The notes under the pieces are model-generated. The model saw only the letters and a program-made list of their open reading frames with translations, was not told where the DNA came from and searched no databases. Below are positions 51,501-54,283 of a stretch of 54,283 nucleotides of DNA, piece by piece; positions within the stretch are counted from its first letter, which is position 1, and each line of letters begins with the position of its first letter. This stretch comes from a virus (lineage: Duplodnaviria; Caudoviricetes). The position numbers and the translations under genes were made by a program. The DNA lies in the IMG/VR virus record IMGVR_UViG_3300017747_002036, positions 1 to 54,283 of that record; one strand, given 5' to 3'.

Positions 51501-54283
51501 GTCCGAAGGTTGAAGTGTTAGAGTATGGACAGAGTGGGAAGGTTAGTAAGGCAAAGGAAGAGTATGATAAGATGACTCACACTTGGTATGATAACCTTCC
51601 AGCTAAAGAAAGAAGCTATGTTGGAGATGAGTTAGGTAAGCATCATTTAGCATGGATTGGCCAAGCTCAAATGGATGAAGCTAAAACTATTGTTGCCAAG
51701 TTGCTCGCTACACCAGAAGGTAAACGCTATAAAGAACTGTCTGAAATAGTCGCTAAAGAACCAAAGGATGGCGGCCCTCGCGCAACCTCGACTTACAACT
51801 ACGTATCTCCTAAAGACCCCAAGAAGTTTCCTGTGCAGAGAGTTGATGTGGTGTTGCCTACGAAATTACGTAAGGGTGCCACAGAAGATAAACTCAATAA
51901 TAGAATTATTGATGAAGAAGGTGTTCCTCGTTACGAAGATTCTAAATATTACGATAAGCTTAAAGGTGTTCTATGGCAACCCGACAACCTCCACGAAAAC
52001 GTGCCTAACACTCTAGGTTGGGCAGCGATACAGTATGAGACGCTTCCTAGTGGCGAGAAAGTAGCTCACATATTTGAGTTGCAGAGTAGGTGGGGGCAGA
52101 AAGTAAGAGAAGAAAAAGCAACATATAAAGACAATCCAGAGTTCTATAAGAACCTACCTGATAGTATTGACCACCCCCTCCTCAAAGACTACAACCGCCT
52201 AATCCTTAAGGCCGCTATAGACGAAGCTCGTAAGCGTGGAGCTACGAAGATTGCGATTAGCGATGCAGAGACGGCGATGATTACGGAGGGGCATGATATG
52301 CACCCTGAAACTATCGACATCATTGACCATTTACCTAATCGTAAAGCTGGTGAAGCAGCACTCAAGCGTTATCAAGAGCGTAATCCAGATAAACGCTATA
52401 CGCTAGAGAAGTCTGACATGAGTTCTGAATGGGTTATTCGTGAAGTAGAAGCTCGCCCTGTGCAAGAAGGCGGTATGCGCTTCAACTATGACGAAGCCCT
52501 TCCTCGCATTGCAGAAGAACTAACTGGAAGTAAGGGAGAGAGTGTGGAGTTTGGGGAGCATAAGAATGCTGTTGAATATGTAAGCCCTACTACAGGTCGT
52601 TCGATGGGAACTGCTACAGGTGGAGATTTGGTTAAGAAGAATCGCGACAACCTAATCTTCAAGAATCCTGATGGCACTCCTAAGACTTCTATCACTGCTC
52701 GTATGTATGACATTGGTATGACCTCTATGCGTCGTGCTAGTGGTGAACCTTTCAGTATGTTTGGTAAGAGGTATCAGTCAGAGTCTGACGCGCTCCCTCG
52801 CCAGCAAGCTGACACGCAACAGTCTTATGAAAGAGAAACTCCTGCCGGCCGCATTAAGGTAGACATAGCTGAGAAGCAACCTCTGAAATTAGCGTTCCTT
52901 GACTTTATGCTTGGGCAGAGTGATAAAGTTAAGAAGGTTGATGCCGAACTTGGTGATGCGTTCGAGAAGTTCTTCCTACGTCGTAGCTATCTAGAAGGCA
53001 AGTATGCTAACACTATCCAAGACGTAGCAGTAAAGTATAAGCCAGAAGTTCGTGACAGAGTTAGCAAGTATATGATGGCACTTGATGCAGATAAGCCTGC
53101 TCCGTATACGCTGAAAGGAGATGAAGTAACTCTGCATAAAGAAATTCAGAACTACTTGAAGAATGTTCGCGCAGACCAGAACGAACTTGGTATCCTAGTT
53201 TCTGGAGTTCGTGAAGGTAAGTTCAATGAGAACTACTTCCCTAACATGATGGGCCGCGATGTAGTTAATACACTAGTGAATAAAGGTGATTCGCAAGAGG
53301 CCGCCACTTATCGTAAAGCATGGCGCGAACACATTACTACAGCGTCGCAAGGTAAGGTTACTAGTAAGGAAGCGAACGAGATTATCAATAATTACATTCG
53401 GGCGATTGGTAGTAAGAAACTATCTGGCCAGATGGAGTTTGGTGCAGTTCGGAAAGCAGAAGGTTATGGTCTGCCTCCTGAGATGCAAGAGAAAGACTTG
53501 CTAGCACGTCTAACAAGGTATGGCAAGAGAGTAGCTAAGGACTTCGCTTACTTCCAAGAGTTGCAGAGTAAAGAGAACGTAGCTGCAAAACTTGGTCTAC
53601 ATGACCAGAAGGGTAAGCTGATTACGAAAGAAGGAGTAGAGAGTGCGAAGTCCTCTAACGAAGAAGTAATCAAAGCTATCAAGATGGTGGATGACGACTA
53701 CGACTACTACCACCCAGTCACAAACGCGTTCAACAGACTAGTGACTAACTCACTGTTGGGTCCGCTGTCGGGCGCACGTGACATTGCAACTATTCCGGTT
53801 AACGTTATACCTTACATTAACAAACTCGAAGACTTCGGCGCATTCGTAAAAGCTATTCCTAAATTGGGACAAGCTTGGAAGAAGTCTTTGCAAGCTGGTG
53901 CGCGTAGAGAGAACTTGGATTCTCTGTTGTATGGTGACTCTGGGAATTCTGGCAACTACGTAGTTGACAAGATGAATCAACTAGCTCAAGGCTTGCGTGT
54001 AGTGCAGGGCAGAGAGTTTCTGGAACAGGGAGCACGGACCTATTCTTATGCTATCGGAGAGGAACTAACTAAAGCTAACATCCTCCGAGCTGCTGCTGGA
54101 GATAAGTCTTCTCAAGAGTGGGTGAAAAAGTTCGGTAAGATTGTAGACGGGAATGAGATGAAGTCTGCGAAGGATTTCAGAAGTCTGTCACAAGAAGATG
54201 TGATGAAGATAACGAAGTCATTTGTAGACCAAGTGCAGGGTAGTTACGATGGCCGCAACTTACCTCTTGGTATCATGGAAGGC
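48506..54283 (+). CDS. Giant polyvalent ejection protein (about 2,240 aa with 1..1068) containing ADP-ribosyltransferase and zincin metallopeptidase domains
   Basis: ATG at 48506 (MADANYRRQLLLEAG); no stop in the parts I translated, and the track lists no closed ORF in this frame; ART-PolyVal-like block at 50003-50437; HEMFH at 50723-50737. Confidence 0.9.
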   Translation, partial: MADANYRRQLLLEAGLDPSQVALDDQGFVIAAPEPPQSPVVNQATSLQPLTPKPLGSAVRQFGAGVLPAAGGLLAGSLAAAPFTGGTSLLLPIGAGIAGALAGGYGAAKLQEKVMPEEWNQQLALDAEVNPKASMLGNVASSLVFMKPDLKSVANAGQGIRNLVTGGASKLSGPQAGNLLNIGLGGGLGAASSIYEDVSRDKEIDFGKLAISAIGNALINNPNKLGQKLGATPNVYDDIGETQARQMMQADQTTLGEESLQLRNKADRERAAAAEARDKEIFDELPASLKKKVSSKSMSLQDAIIVAREEEGIAQRKAQAAAGKLQTPSTLEDIKGFGAQERGYEEMYSQYGRDVLSQEPTPKLKLAETQRVVENQLAEKANEVELQKFVTESKKLDFEKARLEKEAQDLEEMQRVASAPKPASENALKYLESGIVNRRLAGEEVRPTVSESDLLPSRAAMSEDADLLAPQTEAERIQEDFDLGKRKQEGEQAIRKQTTTPEFKKWFTGSKVVDEKGEPLVAYHGNSADFNSFDKDVAGDVGFYFTKNTGEASEYSRFNGEGSNVKPVFLNIKNPVPQDVYNEVARIYGKGGNPRKAINQRLRLMGYDGRIIGDHYVVFEPTQIKSATGNKGTFDSTNSDIRYQDSTVLSDEQRRVIQDAKAEVTKKMKDAGISTEPTVGFRDAMQLLAAKRKVKLELDPAVEGAGETVSVAEQKKLRGALEDVTAKINPQIAGMDTWPHEMFHVFFTDMEIGKSQIGRDLAKKAKEVFGGSEEVLTDVTGKEVITRLLNLDKEGKTKKFFKDFWSFVKTKYGNPTTGDVKRLMANRLLNEVSYSELNPSAVAGKVGVELTQEESTGEPALAQREGQQLPKENVTSEVAKGKLSEMKKTLGMEEGKNKVDQKDLKAAKFAGRQQEGDATLKDDRTFATDFEKQFKSVSTPYNLRSNKEGKFTSSEVVQSLSKINPGEAQLLKDAGIEGYLKANPKVSAEELTKWIKENGPKVEVLEYGQSGKVSKAKEEYDKMTHTWYDNLPAKERSYVGDELGKHHLAWIGQAQMDEAKTIVAKLLATPEGKRYKELSEIVAKEPKDGGPRATSTYNYVSPKDPKKFPVQRVDVVLPTKLRKGATEDKLNNRIIDEEGVPRYEDSKYYDKLKGVLWQPDNLHENVPNTLGWAAIQYETLPSGEKVAHIFELQSRWGQKVREEKATYKDNPEFYKNLPDSIDHPLLKDYNRLILKAAIDEARKRGATKIAISDAETAMITEGHDMHPETIDIIDHLPNRKAGEAALKRYQERNPDKRYTLEKSDMSSEWVIREVEARPVQEGGMRFNYDEALPRIAEELTGSKGESVEFGEHKNAVEYVSPTTGRSMGTATGGDLVKKNRDNLIFKNPDGTPKTSITARMYDIGMTSMRRASGEPFSMFGKRYQSESDALPRQQADTQQSYERETPAGRIKVDIAEKQPLKLAFLDFMLGQSDKVKKVDAELGDAFEKFFLRRSYLEGKYANTIQDVAVKYKPEVRDRVSKYMMALDADKPAPYTLKGDEVTLHKEIQNYLKNVRADQNELGILVSGVREGKFNENYFPNMMGRDVVNTLVNKGDSQEAATYRKAWREHITTASQGKVTSKEANEIINNYIRAIGSKKLSGQMEFGAVRKAEGYGLPPEMQEKDLLARLTRYGKRVAKDFAYFQELQSKENVAAKLGLHDQKGKLITKEGVESAKSSNEEVIKAIKMVDDDYDYYHPVTNAFNRLVTNSLLGPLSGARDIATIPVNVIPYINKLEDFGAFVKAIPKLGQAWKKSLQAGARRENLDSLLYGDSGNSGNYVVDKMNQLAQGLRVVQGREFLEQGARTYSYAIGEELTKANILRAAAGDKSSQEWVKKFGKIVDGNEMKSAKDFRSLSQEDVMKITKSFVDQVQGSYDGRNLPLGIMEG
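54161..54283. repeat. Terminal overlap, copy 2
   Basis: Identical to 1-123. Confidence 0.97.

Noticed and set aside
1-54283. Stop-codon reassignment explaining the split genes
   Set aside because: Genes are long and densely packed in the standard code; both splits end in TAA, and the helicase halves are in different frames

Overview
The window is an apparently complete, circularly permuted dsDNA phage genome of about 54,160 bp; bases 54161-54283 repeat bases 1-123. The gene layout is podovirus-like. Two arms diverge from an AT-rich non-coding gap at about 27.7-28.4 kb. The minus-strand arm carries early and replication genes: ATP-dependent ligase, DUF3987-type ATPase, a family A DNA polymerase split into two genes, a Sak4-like ATPase with an SSB-like gene and a PD-(D/E)XK nuclease, dNMP kinase, a split strawberry-notch-like helicase, a pyrimidine-dimer glycosylase, a GNAT, a GroES-like and a DfrB-like protein, and two HNH-AP2 endonucleases. 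The plus-strand arm carries terminase, portal, scaffold, capsid, tail and fibre genes, a holin-spanin cassette and ejection proteins. It ends in a polyvalent protein of about 2,240 aa that the ORF track misses because it wraps the contig end. I recognised no integrase, RNA polymerase, sigma factor or endolysin. The main finding is a candidate sigma54-based transcription programme. The phage encodes a sigma54 activator (bEBP AAA+ domain, GSFTGA loop) with no DNA-binding HTH and no receiver domain. Nine correctly spaced and oriented -24/-12 promoters (YGGYAY-N7-GC) lie in intergenic gaps of both arms, including in front of the terminase and major capsid genes. Other oddities: three virion or fibre-like proteins with Sec signal peptides and T/S-N-rich mature parts, a non-canonical tRNA-like RNA at the end of a structured non-coding tract, a capsid mRNA leader with three GGGC-loop hairpins, and strong GATC depletion. 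A PVC/Verrucomicrobiota host is inferred, not shown. All calls are from reading motifs by eye; no database searches were run.
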